From: Eledone cirrhosa
Taxonomy: Eukaryota
Length of the DNA stretch: 64,000 bases
Direction: 5' to 3'
Assembly (NCBI GenBank): GCA_964016885.1
Contig: OZ024740.1
Location: forward strand, 325,004,001 to 325,068,000
The translations under genes and the position numbers were made by a program. Under the pieces are notes generated by a model. The model saw only the letters and a list, made by a program, of their open reading frames with translations, ran no database searches and was not told where the DNA came from. Shown piece after piece: positions 13,095-28,219 of the stretch. Each line of letters starts with the position of its first letter. The first letter of the stretch is position 1.

Positions 13095-13320
13095 AGTGCG
13101 TATACAGAGCTGTGAAGGGAAAAGTGGAGTGTACGTATTTTGTTGGTCTGTATTATATATATATATATATATGAATGAAAATAGACCGAGACACGACTGT
13201 CCATCATCAGTAGTCTGCTTAATATCATTGGTATTTCTTCGCATTTATATATATAAATATAGTGCGTATACAGAGCTGTGAAGGGAAAAGTGGAGTGTGC
13301 GTATTTTGTTGGTCTGTATT

Positions 13321-13405
<85 letters not shown>

Positions 13406-13472
13406 TGAAAATAGACCGAGACACGACTGTCCATCATCAGTAGTCTGCTGATTATCATTGGTATTTCTTCGC

Positions 13473-13480
<8 letters not shown>
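13095..13480. repeat. Local tandem duplication (~155 bp) with an internal (TA)n of different length
   Basis: agtgcgtatacagagctgtgaaggg...ggtatttcttcgcattta at 13095 and 13261. Confidence 0.9.
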
Positions 13481-13520
<40 letters not shown>

Positions 13521-13807
13521 TTAGCTATATGTATACAAAGATATATACCCGCCTACACACACACGCTCCCACACACACGTATGTATATAGGATAATCCAA
13601 AAAATGAATACACACTTCAACAGCATTCTAATAAATGTGGCCTGTAAAGTTAATTTAAGTATGTATATATGTTTTGAGACACCCTGTATATACACGCACA
13701 TACATACACACATATTTATATATACGTGTGTATAATGACGAAATGAGGTTTATTTTTCAGCAAAGTGTCTAGAAAGGAACAATGTCGTTATTAATAAGAA
13801 GAGTTGA

Positions 13808-13839
<32 letters not shown>

Positions 13840-13914
13840 GGAGAGAGAGAGAGAAAAATTGTTTCTACAGGAATAGAACTGTTTCATTCGGGAGAAATCA
13901 CCAGGAAGCCCTAA

Positions 13915-14216
13915 TCTATATATATAAAACTGAAGATGTCTGTCTGTGTGTGTGAGAGTTTGAATCCATAAAACTCGAGAACCACCCAACCGACTGTTTT
14001 CAAACTTTACACATGTAATACTTATGTTTCAGGGAGTCTTCTGAGCAAAGCAAATTTCAAATTTTCAATGCCTTAGGGAAGACATTAGGCGATTTAGCGA
14101 TCTCTCTCTATAATTCTTAGTCTTTCGCTTTTTAGATAGATACATACATATAACGTCGCGCCCTTATAATATCTGCCTGTATGTCTGACTGTCTGCATTA
14201 TGTCACTTCCCTGAGG

Positions 14217-14263
<47 letters not shown>

Positions 14264-14835
14264 TGTGTGTCTGAGTTTGAATCCCTAAAACTCGAGAAGT
14301 ACCCAACCGATTTTTTCAAACTTTACATGTGTATTACTTATGTATCAGGGAGTGTTATGCACATCAAATTCAACTTTTTGATCTCCTTAGATGAAAAACT
14401 GCGTTTTAAAGCTTTTTATTGTTTTTTTAGGCGTTACGTCAGACCGATTTCCTTGAAATTGTAATTATGTATTAGTCAGTCTCTTCTTCAAACTGTGAGC
14501 AAAGAAAATCCAACTTTTTTTAGGTGAAAAACTTTTTTTTTCAGCTCTTTAGGGATTTTTGGAGGCGTTACGTCTAGCCGATTTTCTCGAAATGCCAAGG
14601 CATATTATGCACATAAAAAAAATTCATTTTCTTGATCCCCTAGGGCCCGCATTAGGTGAAAACCTGCATTTTTCCTGCTTCGTCGAGGAAAATCTTAAAG
14701 ATTATCCAGCCATCAGATTATTTGGTTTATTTTCTTTACGTATTGTCCAGGCATGCAGTTTTTCCATGATTAGGTCTGTTGGCGGTCTGCCTTCCAAAAT
14801 ACGTTGTCCCGTCCAACACCGGGTACCACTGCTAG
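13915..14835 (+). mobile_element. Non-autonomous Helitron-like element
   Basis: Starts TCTATATATATAAAA after A, ends ccc..cggg hairpin then CTAG before T; internal duplicated block (13955 and 14270); no TSD. Confidence 0.7.
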
Positions 14836-14904
<69 letters not shown>

Positions 14905-15770
14905 GTATTTCCGTGGGAAAGGTAAAGGAAAAGAGAGTACTCTTGAAGACAGATATAAATATCTGTCTTCAAGAAACCACTGGCAAATGAATAATTATCT
15001 TATGTTGTTTATTACATAACTATATATATATTTTTTTTTTTCACCGTATTTTTTACTAAATATTCTTTTAGCTTTTATTCTGAATGTTAGCGGAAATTAT
15101 AATATTTCCTTTGTTAACACTTTGAATCTACCCGCCAAAAACCGGCGGTTGCTTCTCTCGTTGGAAATAACACGTGATAACTAAGTGTACAATGGCAGGC
15201 AAAATAGTGACCAACCTAAACACACATAGTAAATAATATCTGTAAGCGGAACAGTAAGGATATTCAAGCCTTTACTAAAGTTCAACATGTAACTCTTCAT
15301 TTATATTTATCCTAAATAGCGGCGCTGGATGATTGTTTCCTTGTTAGAAATTAACTTCTTTATATGACATGCATTCATTCATAATATAATTGCCTGCATA
15401 TGGACGTACCCTAACTTCTATATGCTTTTGTTTAGTTATATTTACTTATTTACTATTTTAATTGGGCTTTTTATGTGTATAGGTGGCACAGAAATGATAG
15501 AGAGGAAAATATCAGGAGTTTGTGAAGGACTACTGCAAGAACAAATGAAGGACAAAGCGCATGCCTGTCGAGTTTGGCGGCCCCGTGTTTCCAGCTCGTT
15601 CCATAAATAAAGCCTACGGAACTTTGAATATTACAGGAGCCATCAAAAACAACGTAGAAGAAGCATAGAAGGCATTTAGATGATGGATGGGGTGAGTAGT
15701 ATGTATGTAACTTGGACATAGACAGAAGGTTGATCAATGTTGATTGGGTCACCTGGATGAGGGTCTATGC

Positions 15771-15916
15771 CAGGTATGGGCAACGCTTTTCGAGCAGTGG
15801 GCCGCATATGATGTGGATCTTCATAAGGCGGGCCGCACTACTAAAACATTTAAGGCAATTTTGAAATTAAGGGTGCCATTCAGAAAGCCAAACGGGCCGT
15901 AGTTTGCTCATAACTG
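15771..15916. mobile_element. hAT-type MITE
   Basis: TIR caggtatgggcaac / gtttgctcataactg; 8-bp TSD gtctatgc / gcctatgc. Confidence 0.8.
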
Positions 15917-15999
15917 GCCTATGCTTTAAGACTCGAAATATCCAGTGACTCCATGACACAGCGCTAATGATGTGCCTTGTAGATACATGCATACATACA

Positions 16000-16262
16000 T
16001 GATGATGGCTGCTCCCTCGTTATCGAGTATGGCCATTGCACGATATACCATTATTAATAATTATTAATTAATTCTATCGTGCAATGCCTGTGCGTGAAGA
16101 TATTTTTTAAAGTGAGGAAAGACTGTGCACTGAGCCAATCCCAATCTCTGAGCGACAGTAGCTATAACCCGAAAAGAAGAAAAGATCAACATCATCGGTA
16201 ACTACTGAGCCGCAGGTTTTATCCCAGTTTCCTGAGTTGCCTTCTCCTAGAAGAATGCTCTG
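16000..16262 (-). mobile_element. Diverged relative of the RTE-derived non-autonomous element at 33.9 and 60.6 kb
   Basis: Shares ctaggagaa...gatgatgttga..ttcttcttt...gggattggct..gtgca and the RTE-like 3' tail tggccatactcgataacgag. Confidence 0.65.
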
Positions 16263-16264
16263 AC

Positions 16265-16340
16265 AAACATACATACATACATACATACATACATACATAC
16301 ATACATACATACATACATACATACATACATACGATATATC

Positions 16341-16420
<80 letters not shown>
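16265..16420. repeat. Compound (CATA)n(GATA)n microsatellite
   Basis: Seen directly. Confidence 0.95.
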
Positions 16421-16421
<1 letters not shown>

Positions 16422-16989
16422 CAGTGTCGAAACTCAAAATATTAACAACGATATTATTATAACATGGAATCAAAATGTGTACTCAATATCAGTTATAAAA
16501 TATACAGTTGAATTAGTGCAGTCATTAAAAGACCAATCGGGATTCTGTCCCTTTCTTTATGCTCTTTTATATATAAAACCCATTGGGAGACAGTTCATCT
16601 TACATCCGTTAGACTCTGAAGTGATGAAAGGCAGAGAGCTCCCAGAGGGATTTCAACTGAGAAATATGAAAACCCAAATAGAATCTATAATTCTAGACAC
16701 TGTTACAACTCACTATCTGTACCGATTCCACCGTAATAGACATTTTACGGAATATACTGTATTTTAAAGTCTACGAATTGGCAGAGTTGTTAGAAGATCG
16801 AATAGAATGCTTTTCGGTATTCGTTCTGGTTCTCTGCATCCTGAGTTCAAATCAAACTGAAATCAACTTTCATCCTTTCGATTTAGATAACTATAGCACG
16901 ATTCCATTACTGAGGTTTAGTCTTTCTCTATACCTCTTTCACTCTCGCTCTATTGCTCTGGAAAAAATCGGCTGTGTTCAGATATAGAG

Positions 16990-18660
16990 ACAGAAGCTCT
17001 CTGATATCTGATTGCCGAGCTAAGTCCTCAATCAAGTAAGTTTATTCCAAAGAGCCTTCGGAGGACCCGATTTCGGTCGCTTGTTTTCGTGATCATATTT
17101 TTCAGTCACTACCCAAGTTTCCTGACCATCGATAGCGAGTTTGTCTTTAACACCTACCTCCCTTCTGATGACCGAATGCTGAAGCTCGTGGGTTATTGCG
17201 CCAGCTCCTGCAATCCTTGTACTTAATTCCATCCCTCACTCTATAAAACTGTCCCGTGACACAACTTCTCCACCTGCTTCAGCGGTGGAACTCTACTCTC
17301 ATATAGAGTGTACAGAGCAGGTTATCCTAAGAGAACGAGTGTCACAGTTATCGCAGCACTGATTTTCATTCTTGTCGTGCAGCGCTCAACAGCCAGCCTA
17401 GGAAGTGCATGTCGAAGATCACTTTTCGATGAGTTAAGTACCACCACATTGGCTCCAAATTCAAGCCGACTGATCCTACACCGACCTGTGCATCTCAGTT
17501 CTGTTCATTTATGAAGTTTATGAACAGAAGAGCTGACAGTACATACCCTTGGCGGAGTCCAACACCCACATTTAATGGTTTCGACTTTACCCAAACACAA
17601 ATATGTATAGAGACTTCAGGACAAGCATAAGCTGTCCATCAATCCCATACTCTTACAGAGTCTTCTATAAAAAGTCCTGTGGAACGCTAACATATGCCTT
17701 TCTGAAGGTCTTCGAAACAAGCATGCATCTCCTGGCAATTCTTTCGCTATTTCTTGAAGATCTGCCGTAATGTGAATACTTGGTCGGCTGAGCTGCTTCC
17801 GTTGTGAAAACCACTCTGTTCAGCAACTAGGTCTCGACAATATCTCTACATCTATTTGCTATACATTCAGTATAGAGTTTACCTAGGAGACTCAGGAAGG
17901 AGACCATTCTGTAATCAAAGCAATATCCATTACCGTCCCTTTTGAAAATTGGAATTACCACTCCCGATTGCCATTGCTTAGGTGCTTTTCCAAAGACTCA
18001 GGCCATCCCGCCACACGGCCACGCGGCCACCTGACACACACGAGTCAGCAATACCGTCTCTATTCAACGTTTTTAACATTTCATCTTCCACCTTGTTACA
18101 TTTGAGCTTTTTAATTTGGAGGCTGCACCTTTCTAAATGTAGAACACCGGGGGCGTTCCTGATAGACGGAGGATGGTTTGTCAGAAATCTTTATTTGCTT
18201 ATCTGAAGTCGGAATTCCACTTAATCCCAAAGCCATGCGGTGTCTTAATCTCGGACACCTATACTGTCTCTGCTGCGGTTTCTTTTCAATCCAAGTTTTG
18301 TTTAGCCTCGTTCCTTTTCTCGTATGGCATCTTTGACCTTCAAATTGAACCAAGTGACCACCTACCACCAGGCACCACGCCAAGCGACTTTTGGCCGCAG
18401 CATTTAACAGTTGAAGCAGAAATTGCGGAACTGAATAGTCTCTATTCGGTTTCAACGACCTAAGTTTGTTCTCTGAATTTGGATGCAATAGTACCCACAT
18501 ACATGCTCCAGATCTTATTAGCCAGCTCTTCATACTTTATTCTGTAGATCGAACTGGTTTTGTCAGTTTTGTGGGTTTCCTTGACTTTAGGTAGTCTCAG
18601 GCTGCAGATAACTAGATAGTTGCCAGTTCAGCCCCTTTCTTAACACGAGCATCCAGTACA
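16990..18660 (-). mobile_element. Decayed RTE-clade LINE (EN end + RT)
   Basis: Manual translation: NVGVGLRQGYVLSALLF (~17520-17575), MKISAA..TLVL, MELSTRIAGAGAITHELQHSVI; many frameshifts. Confidence 0.8.
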
Positions 18661-19796
18661 GAATGTTCGTGTTAAGAGAGGATTTTAATGCCCATATTTC
18701 ATAAAGGCGTCCTCATAACCCCATAACTTAATTACCAATTGCATGACCATGGCATGCACAGATTGTATTTTAAATTGATATTTTTTATAAACTGTAGGGT
18801 AACTTTCAGCTAGATTCAGTCTGACACAATGCGTGACAAGGCATACATTTTCAATTACATATACAGCTCATCTGAAGTGCCGCCAACCAGTTTCCGTCTA
18901 TCCAATTCTGCTCATGAGAATAGAGCCGACTCGAAGCTATGATAAATAATACTTCCTCAAGAGGAAACAAAGTGGGATCAAATTCAGAACCTTTTTGATT
19001 TCGAAGCTCATTTCTTAACCATTTGGCTAATCTGCGACTGCAAACTATTTAAATAATATATCAGCAAAGAAATCATGCATGGTTCAAATTTTCTTGAGAC
19101 GCGACAGAGTCGATAAAGAGTGCATTGATCAAGATATGAAGCACAGCCTGTAGTAGACTTTGAACACATGGTATCTGCTTAGAAAGTTCAAGATATAAAA
19201 CCCGTGAGAAGATTTTACGGTTTAAACAAATACTTCTATTCTTAATTAATTAAATATGTTTGGTCATGGAGGAAAGAGCAGTGCTTATGACCATTTTTAG
19301 AGCCTCAGAAGCAGGTGGGAAAAGGAAGAAATAAGGGACCCCCAAACCGATGTCTGGATGCTGAAACCAGAGTGAACTCCGCTAAAAATACTCATGATCT
19401 AAACGAGGATACTAAACCTGGCGACCATTTACGCATGACAACCAAGGACGTAGCAACGGGATTTGAACTCAGAATACAAAATGTAAGAACAAACAACCCC
19501 GCATATTTCTTCCGACGCTCTAACATACCCCACATTCCAATGCCCTGGGCTATTACATTTATTCTATCGACCTCTACAAGAGGGAAACACAATGTTGACA
19601 TCGGTGGTATTTAAACTCAGAGCGCAGATAGCTGAGACAAATACCGCAAGTAACTTTGTCCTATGCTCTAACGACTTACTACCACAGATATTCTAATTAG
19701 CAATCTAAATCTTGACGGCTTATTTATCAATCATTTTTAATGGTGGAGATAGAGTGTTTTGACACAGACGAATACTCACACACGCAAGAAGTATAT

Positions 19797-19903
<107 letters not shown>

Positions 19904-19967
19904 TACGTATATATATATATATATATATATATATACGTATATATACGTATATATATGTACATACAAT

Positions 19968-20013
<46 letters not shown>

Positions 20014-20208
20014 CTGATTAGTTCTTTCGTTGTTTTGGTATTGTATGGTTGGGTTTCGCCTACCGCAATTTTCAATTTGTCAAGCTATTTAAACTTAATG
20101 TTATTACTTTAAGGACCTACCCTTATTGAGTGCTTTGCTACTCATTCCTTATTGTAGGTCGACTTTACTTGCCCACAGCCAAAGCTTCGATTTTACTAAG
20201 CTTCCACT

Positions 20209-20276
<68 letters not shown>

Positions 20277-20680
20277 AGTTCTTAATCGCAATGTTTTGTG
20301 AAGTCACACATCTATGCAGTGAGGAAATGGTGTAAAAGTATTTTTTTAGAGAAGTCTTTGAAGAATGTTGTTAAATTTATCTTGGAAGTTGTGATTGTTA
20401 TATATATTCCATGCTGGTTATCTCTCATGTGTAGCTCAGGAACGACAACAAAATACTGGGGAGAAAATATATATTTAAAAGACAGAAGAAGAAAAACGTG
20501 TGATGTGATGAGTGGAAAAATACAAAACAAAGTGAGATGTAGTTAGTGAAACTATGCTATACTAATTGTTAGTGAGTGTTGATAGATCTCCTTATAACAA
20601 CTGACATGGTGGCTTTAGAATGCTCGTGCCGAAGAGAGGCTGTTTTGTTTTTTCATGTCAACACATGACAATATTTTGGT

Positions 20681-20794
<114 letters not shown>

Positions 20795-21357
20795 AGATAG
20801 TGTCGTTGATTTGTGGATTTTGTAGTTGATATTGTTGTTTCAGTAAACAGCTTTCTGAAATAATTTGGATACAAATTATCGTCTGCCAGTCATCATTATA
20901 TTATTGTAGTTTGTATTTATCTTGTTGAGCTACCGAGTATTTTACTACAGTAACAATATGGAAGTCTAGTCTAGATGTTTAGTGAGTTAGTCAACATAGT
21001 TTCATTTGTAGAAATGTTAGAGAGTAGCACATGTTCTGTCTTCAAATCCCTCTCTGGTCAACTATGCTTTTCATCCTTCTGGGGCGACAAAATATAGTAC
21101 TTGTCTTATACTGTGGTCGATATAATTTATTGTTCTTTCCCCCCGAATTTCTGACATCGTGTCAATAATAAAAACAATTATATAAACGATTAGGACATGT
21201 TATAATGTGTATATAATACGTTCATATGTGTAAGTTATGAAAATCTGTAATTGTCAAGATGTTAAGAATATTGTTGCTCATTTTATGTTGTATATATTTA
21301 CACAGAGAACTGACACTACTTTATCTCCTGATGAAGTCTTCGGGGAGCCATTGTACG

Positions 21358-21676
21358 CAGAGTTGGATTTAGACCTTGGGGGAGGGCCGGGACACTTCAT
21401 GATTGAGGGGCCCCTCATACACAAACAAAAATTAGAATACACAGCAAACCCTCTAATTTCACAAATCAAAGTTAGCTTGGCGTAAGTAATTGGAATAGAA
21501 AAGTTATGCATACAGGTATGAAATAAAAAAAATTCTAACCATCCTCAAACTAAAAAGCCTAGCTGAGGGCACGAATAACTTGCTACGGCCGTCGCTGGTG
21601 TCCCCCCCCCCGCACACACACACAGCATGGGGCCCTGTGAAATCTTCCCCTTTGCCTCCCATTAAATCTGGCCCTG
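21358..21676. mobile_element. Putative hAT-type MITE nested in the mariner relic
   Basis: Degenerate TIR cagagttggattta / taaatctggccctg; gggccc subterminal motifs. Confidence 0.5.
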
Positions 21677-22171
21677 ATCGTGTGGTACGACGTGTCTTAG
21701 ACATTTCAAACTTAACAGAGCCCATCTTATGGGTTTTCGAGTGGCACAAAAAGTACAATGTGGGACGCAAGGACGAGGACGATGACCTCGGGAGCAGAAA
21801 GCCTTCAACGAGCAGGATTGAGGCCAACGTTGAGTGCATGAGGCAGCTGGTGCGTGGCGATAATCGGCTGACTGTTTGACTAATCGCAAGTTATCTAGGC
21901 ATGAACCGTGACAGCGTTTGGGGGATTATCACTGACGATTTAGGCATGCGAAGATGGAGCCGAAGCTGTTGAACAATAACCAGAAGAACGGTGCATGCAG
22001 CTGAATCATGGACCGTCGAGTACAGCCCGTTTTCCTGATGCGGAAGTCATCAAGAGAGCCGTGATGACGGAGTTGTAGAAAATCCCGGGAAATCCTTCCA
22101 GGAGTGCATGAAAGCGTGGCAGAATATGATGGGGAAATGTGTTAAACTCGAGAGGCATTATTTCGCGGCCC

Positions 22172-22356
22172 CGGTGGATTGGCAGTATCAGTAGAGAGTC
22201 GGACACCATGCTTTGAAACATAGAGTTACGTCCCTTTATGATCTGAGTTCAAATCCCGCCGAGGTTAACTTTGCCTTTCATCCTTACGGGGTCGATAAAA
22301 TAAAGTACCAGTATTGCACTGGGTAATTGCTGGCCTTGTGCCTAAAAATAGAAACA
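22172..22356 (+). mobile_element. Full-length SINE family A with TSD
   Basis: TSD attatttcgcg(g/a)ccc on both sides. Confidence 0.9.
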
Positions 22357-22809
22357 ATTATTTCGCGACCCCAATCCGGTTTCTTTTCTGGCACACCTTG
22401 CAAGACCAATAGTTGTTTTACAGCACGGGAATCGAAGTAAACCAAATATATGTTGGACCTCAGATGAGGAGTGTTTCAGCGGTTCCAACAACTGAGCAAG
22501 CTGCTTGAAAATTTAAGGTCCAAGTAGCTCAGCATCCCACAGCACCCTTAACGTAGATCCCATTAAAAATTAGGATTATACATTGTCTATAAAACAGAGG
22601 CACAACTCATTTTTTTGTAAACTTAGTGAGTGCTGTAGCGTCATACAAGGCGGCTAGTTCAACAACATTACTATCGTGAAGCAAACACCCTAACAAATAA
22701 TCCACCCGCTTTCTCAAAACAAATATAATACTAATGGTTATAAAACATGTAAATATTTCATGATACATCCAGATATTTTGTTAGCAAAACCAAAATGTTA
22801 TTAGGTGGG

Positions 22810-22842
<33 letters not shown>

Positions 22843-22959
22843 TTGTTTGTGTGTGTGTATGTGTGTGTGTATGTGTGTGTCTATGTGTGTGTGTGTGTTA
22901 TATCATATGCAGATATATTTCTGAATAAAGTGTTGTAAAAACCTTTTTTTTTTTCTCTT

Positions 22960-22996
<37 letters not shown>

Positions 22997-23685
22997 GATA
23001 TTTCTCTGTCTGTGTGGGTGAGGGGGGGTTATGTATTTATGTATGTATGTATGTATGTATTTGATTTGGTTAAATAACTGAAGAATATATTGGAATGCAA
23101 GTAAAATACGACTAACATAGAATATACATCAAACAGATAGTAAAATATTGCAAATCTTGGGAATATAGCTGGTAAAATATATATTTAAATAGAATAGGAA
23201 AACATGAGAATATTTTATTGTCTGAACAGCGATCAGATATTCCGTTAGCAATCCGAGACCTATATAAAAGGCGAGCTATGTGGTTAAGGAGTTTTCTTTG
23301 CAACCAAGTAGTTTTGGGTTCAATTCGCCAATGCCTGGTAAGTGAAATTTTTCCGAGAGAGAACTTGCAGAAAGCCAAAATCTCTCTCTCTCTCTCTCTC
23401 TCCCTCTCTCGTTATATAAATATATCTATGTATGTGTATATATATATATTTGTTTTGTAAGGTTTTGATATGAAATCGTGTTTCGAAACACATATTGTTA
23501 TACTTGGGGAGGGTCATATTGTTATAATATTGCCAGAAATAATAACAGAACACACTCACTGTATGGTTTGGGTTGGTTTTCGCTTCTGTATCTTTTATAA
23601 CTCCATAGTTAATTTACTTAGCAATCAATGTTTAACATTGATTAACCAACAGTTAAAAATACAGATATGAATATATATATATAGT

Positions 23686-23731
23686 CTATCAAAGTTCTTT
23701 CGTCACACATCTGCGACATCATCAGTGGTAG
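23686..23731 (-). ncRNA. Minimal hammerhead in a solo pLTR-like cassette (23490-23780)
   Basis: ctacca-CTGATGA-t-gtcgca gatg tgtgac-GAAA-gaac-TT-tgatag; tail shared with 31990-32130 and 34615-34670. Confidence 0.7.
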
Positions 23732-24056
23732 TATTATGGTTTCTCCTGTTGTATTGTAAATCCTACGCCATCTTTATTTAATTTAAATTTAATGTTGATT
23801 TTTTTTTGGGGGGGGGGGACCGTAACTTAGCAGTTTCACAATATGAGACCGGTAATATAAGATCTTAACTTGAAAAAATACGTACTGGGGTGGTTAGGGA
23901 TGACTAGACCAAGTGATATGATAACGAAACAATAGGTATATATATAGTAATAATAATAAATTTGAAGACTAAAATCCAAAGACGGGGTTCGATAAGGATA
24001 AATATATATTACATTTTTCCAGGAGAGAACTTGCAGAAAGCCTAAATCTCTCTGTC

Positions 24057-24125
<69 letters not shown>

Positions 24126-24315
24126 GTTTCTACTTTTGGCACAATGCCAGAAATTAACCAGTGCGTTACTGGTACTTTATTTTATCGACCCCGTAAGGAT
24201 GAAAGGCAAAGTTAACCTCGGCGGGATTCGAACTCAGAATGGCAAAGGCCGTAACTCTATGCGTCAAAGCATGGCGTCCGACCCTCTACCCATACTGCCA
24301 ATCCACCGCCTATCC

Positions 24316-24384
<69 letters not shown>

Positions 24385-24386
<2 letters not shown>

Positions 24387-24766
24387 AAATTAACAAAGAA
24401 GCCTTTAATACATCAAAAGTCTTTATTAGCTGACAATGTTTCGTCCCATTAATTAGGACTCATCAGAGCAAGGAAAAAGACAAGAAATATCAACGGCCAG
24501 AACAAACCAAAACTCCGAAGAGCAGCGAATGGATATTTATGAAAATTTAGGAAAATTATCATGGAAAGACATGTTAAACCTAATAGAGTGCATTTGTAAA
24601 TAAAGACTATGGGCAAGAGAGCAAGCAAGACATTAAACAAACCCACGTTAAAAGTACAATATAAGTCTAATACTTGAAATACAACATAGTAATACAATGC
24701 GGGAAATAAGATGTAAAAATTATAATATAATATACAATACAATACAGTACATAAAACAGAAATAAA

Positions 24767-24835
<69 letters not shown>

Positions 24836-26578
24836 TCACTCCGACACATATATATACACATTTTCACATACACATAATAACACAAATATAAATATAAGCA
24901 TTATAATATAATAATCACCCTGACGGTGTGATTAAACAATACCAAAATCAATGAAAATAATATATTGAAAATAATATATTGACATTAAAAAAATATATAA
25001 ATTCATGTTACGTAGCATATAAAGTCAACAAATTATGTATAAAAACATAATGTATTTCACAGGGTAAAAAATAATAATAATACCATATAATAATATAAAG
25101 TATGGTGAAAAAAAATATATGTATATATATATAATAGATAATAGACAATAAATATACGGAGATATAGGCAGTTCAATTCCATATAATATTCCATATTAAT
25201 ATTTCAATACCAGACACATACTTATAATTCAAAAACATATAATATAATATTACATATTAATATTTCAATACCAGACACACAATAGCAAGGGAGAAAGTTT
25301 AAAGCATATTTACACGATAAAATCGTGGACACAAGTGACAGAAGAAAGAAAAGACAGACAGCATGTGGTAGCAAAGCAAAACGAAAACAAAAACAAACAC
25401 AAACACAAAATCACGTAGGCGCAACAAACTGTTAGGTGAAAATAAAAGATACAACTATTCAAAATCAAAAAATTGAATTGAAACCCTTATTAATTTAATT
25501 AATCTTATAATAGTGGAATAAACATTATGGGGCACTTCATATAGAATAAAATTTAAGTCACCAATGCCGATAGAGATCAAGATATTTCAACAAATGAGCT
25601 ACTACATTCATCGAAGATAAATTAATCTCCGTCGTGACGACTGACGTTATCCAAAGTAAAAAACTCCAATTAAAACTATAGTAGACAAAGGGGAACAGAA
25701 AGAAGTAAAATTACGGAGGGCAACAAGGAACATAAAAGTATAATATATATATATTCAATAAGGCGAAGATTAAGTGTAGAAAGAATGAGGTTCATTAGCC
25801 GTAGATGTAGAAGACTAAAATTAAACTATTAGCTATTCAAGGAGGCAATAAGATACACTCCAATCAGGGATGAATATAAAGATAGAAATATATAAGTTGA
25901 CAAGGATAAGTAAAAATGAAATAATAGACAAGGTGATAAATAGGCTACAACAGCTAAAAAACTAGAAAAACTAAAATCAATAAACTGTAGAAAACTAATA
26001 ATAATAATAATGAACTAAAAAACCAAAGCGATAAGGAATCCAAGCAGCTAATGGATATGGATTCAACTACCTGAGCTTTCAGGTTTATAATAGAAGAAGG
26101 AATTAGAGATAGTATGCGGACAGGAAGAAAATATTTTTCCGATTTTCTATTAAGCAATACGTTCTTAGAGAAAATTATAGAATGGGTCTCTAGGATGCAA
26201 AGATTACAGAACTTAGCGTGGGTGGAATGGTGATTAGAATGGGCTACAATACCAATGTAGACTGTACGGTATACCAGTCCCTTTTAAATCCCAAATATGG
26301 TGTGCCAAAGAAGTTGAGTTTTTAAATTTGATATGCTTAAAATTAGAGACATGTGAATTAAACCTAGTTTTAAAAATATTAGATGTGGGGCCTATATATG
26401 TTTTACAAGAAGAATTAGTCTTAACATCACATGCATAAACAATATTGCTAGAGTGGAAGTGACCATTTAAAGGGCAGCTATTACTTCTTCTACAATTACA
26501 CTTACGGGCACTAGTGATTAGCTCATTACGCGAAGCATTATTCCTAGGGTTATTAGACAACAAGACCTGCTCGGGTGG
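24385..26578 (-). mobile_element. Hydra-clade-like PLE 3' part: GIY-YIG (26100-26560), ~1.6-kb 3' UTR, pLTR
   Basis: CNCRRSNSCPLNGH..NIVYACDV..TYIGPTSNIFKTRFNSHVSNFKH...LAHHIWDLK; HHR at the distal end; (TA)n on both sides. Confidence 0.85.
24429..24469 (-). ncRNA. Minimal hammerhead, intact core
   Basis: gct-CTGATGA-gtcc taattaatg ggac-GAAA-cattg-TC-agc, followed by aataaa. Confidence 0.85.
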
Positions 26579-26598
26579 TAATATATATATATATATAT

Positions 26599-26645
<47 letters not shown>

Positions 26646-27258
26646 CCATATATATATTATATATATAATTGTTTCTACTTTAGGCACAAGGCCAGCAATT
26701 ACCCAGTACATTACTGGTACTTTATTTTATCGACCCCGTAAGGATGAAAGGCAAAGTTAACCTCGGCGGGATTTGAACTCATATATATAATGAAGGTACA
26801 TATATTTTTTCATAAATATATAAACACATTCAATATATTTCTATTGGTAAAATAAATAAAGAAGAAAACCACAACGAGCTACCATAGAATATAGTATAAA
26901 CAGACAGTAAAATACAGAGAAAGATACACCACATGTGTGAAAACACAGCAAAAAATGTACATACGAATAGAATAGAAGATACACGCCAACATTTTATTGT
27001 AAGACCAGGCATTTCGTTAGAAAAACTAATACCCCTCTCTCTCTCTCTCACACACACATACACACACACACACACTCTCTCTCTCTCAAATACACAGACT
27101 CTCTCTCTCTCTGTCTTTCTATATATATATACAGGGTACACCCCATAAATGTATACACATTTCAATAGCAATTTAATCACAGTGTGTATACATGCTTGCG
27201 GGACACCCTGTATATACATATATATATATATATATATCCAAAGAGAGAGAGGGGGAGT

Positions 27259-27355
<97 letters not shown>

Positions 27356-27973
27356 TGAGTCTGAGAGAAAAAAAGAGAGATAGAGCGAGCGAGAAAGAAG
27401 AGAAAAAGAAATATCATTTCATGCAAATGAATAAGTCTTAAAAAATACAGATAGATTTGACGAGAATATGCTATAGACAATCAGTAAACTCGAGTAAAAG
27501 ACGTAGATGTAAAAACAGAGAAGATAAAAGACATATAAATAGAATAGAATAAATATAAACAGTGCCATAAAACATCAAGTTTGAGATTTTATGGCAGATA
27601 AGGAAGGAGATTTTTCACAGAAACTTACTTCATCACAGTTAAACATTGATTTAATCAATCGCCTATGCTTTATTTATCGATTAGTTCAATGTTCAATTTG
27701 ATACGGTCGTTTGTCGCGGGTTTTATCAGCAGTTGACGTATTTACAGGACCAATAATATACGTGCGTATACACATAAACACACGCACATGCACACAGACA
27801 TACACATACACCTACACACACATATACACAATTCGACAGACGCATATACACACACGCACATATGTACACACAGACACAGACACACACATATATATATAAG
27901 CATAAATAAATAATTAAATATATATATATATACATTTATACACACACATATTTATATATATATATATATATAC

Positions 27974-28004
<31 letters not shown>

Positions 28005-28005
28005 C

Positions 28006-28108
<103 letters not shown>

Positions 28109-28171
28109 TTTATATATATATATGTGTATATATATGAATATATACATATATGTATAAATATGTGTGTGTGT

Positions 28172-28219
<48 letters not shown>

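Larger units (their letters stand above)
21300..22402 (+). mobile_element. Mariner-like transposase relic, internally deleted, with nested insertions
   Basis: EVFGE...VFEWHKKYNVGRKDEDDDLGSRKPSTSRIEANVECMRQLVRGDNRLTV (mariner HTH region); end ttttctggcacaccttg. Confidence 0.8.

Noticed and set aside
20105-20170. Possible hammerhead around the gacctac/gtaggtc hairpin (also 8500-8540 and 62975-63025)
   Set aside because: The core boxes or stem I could not be assembled.
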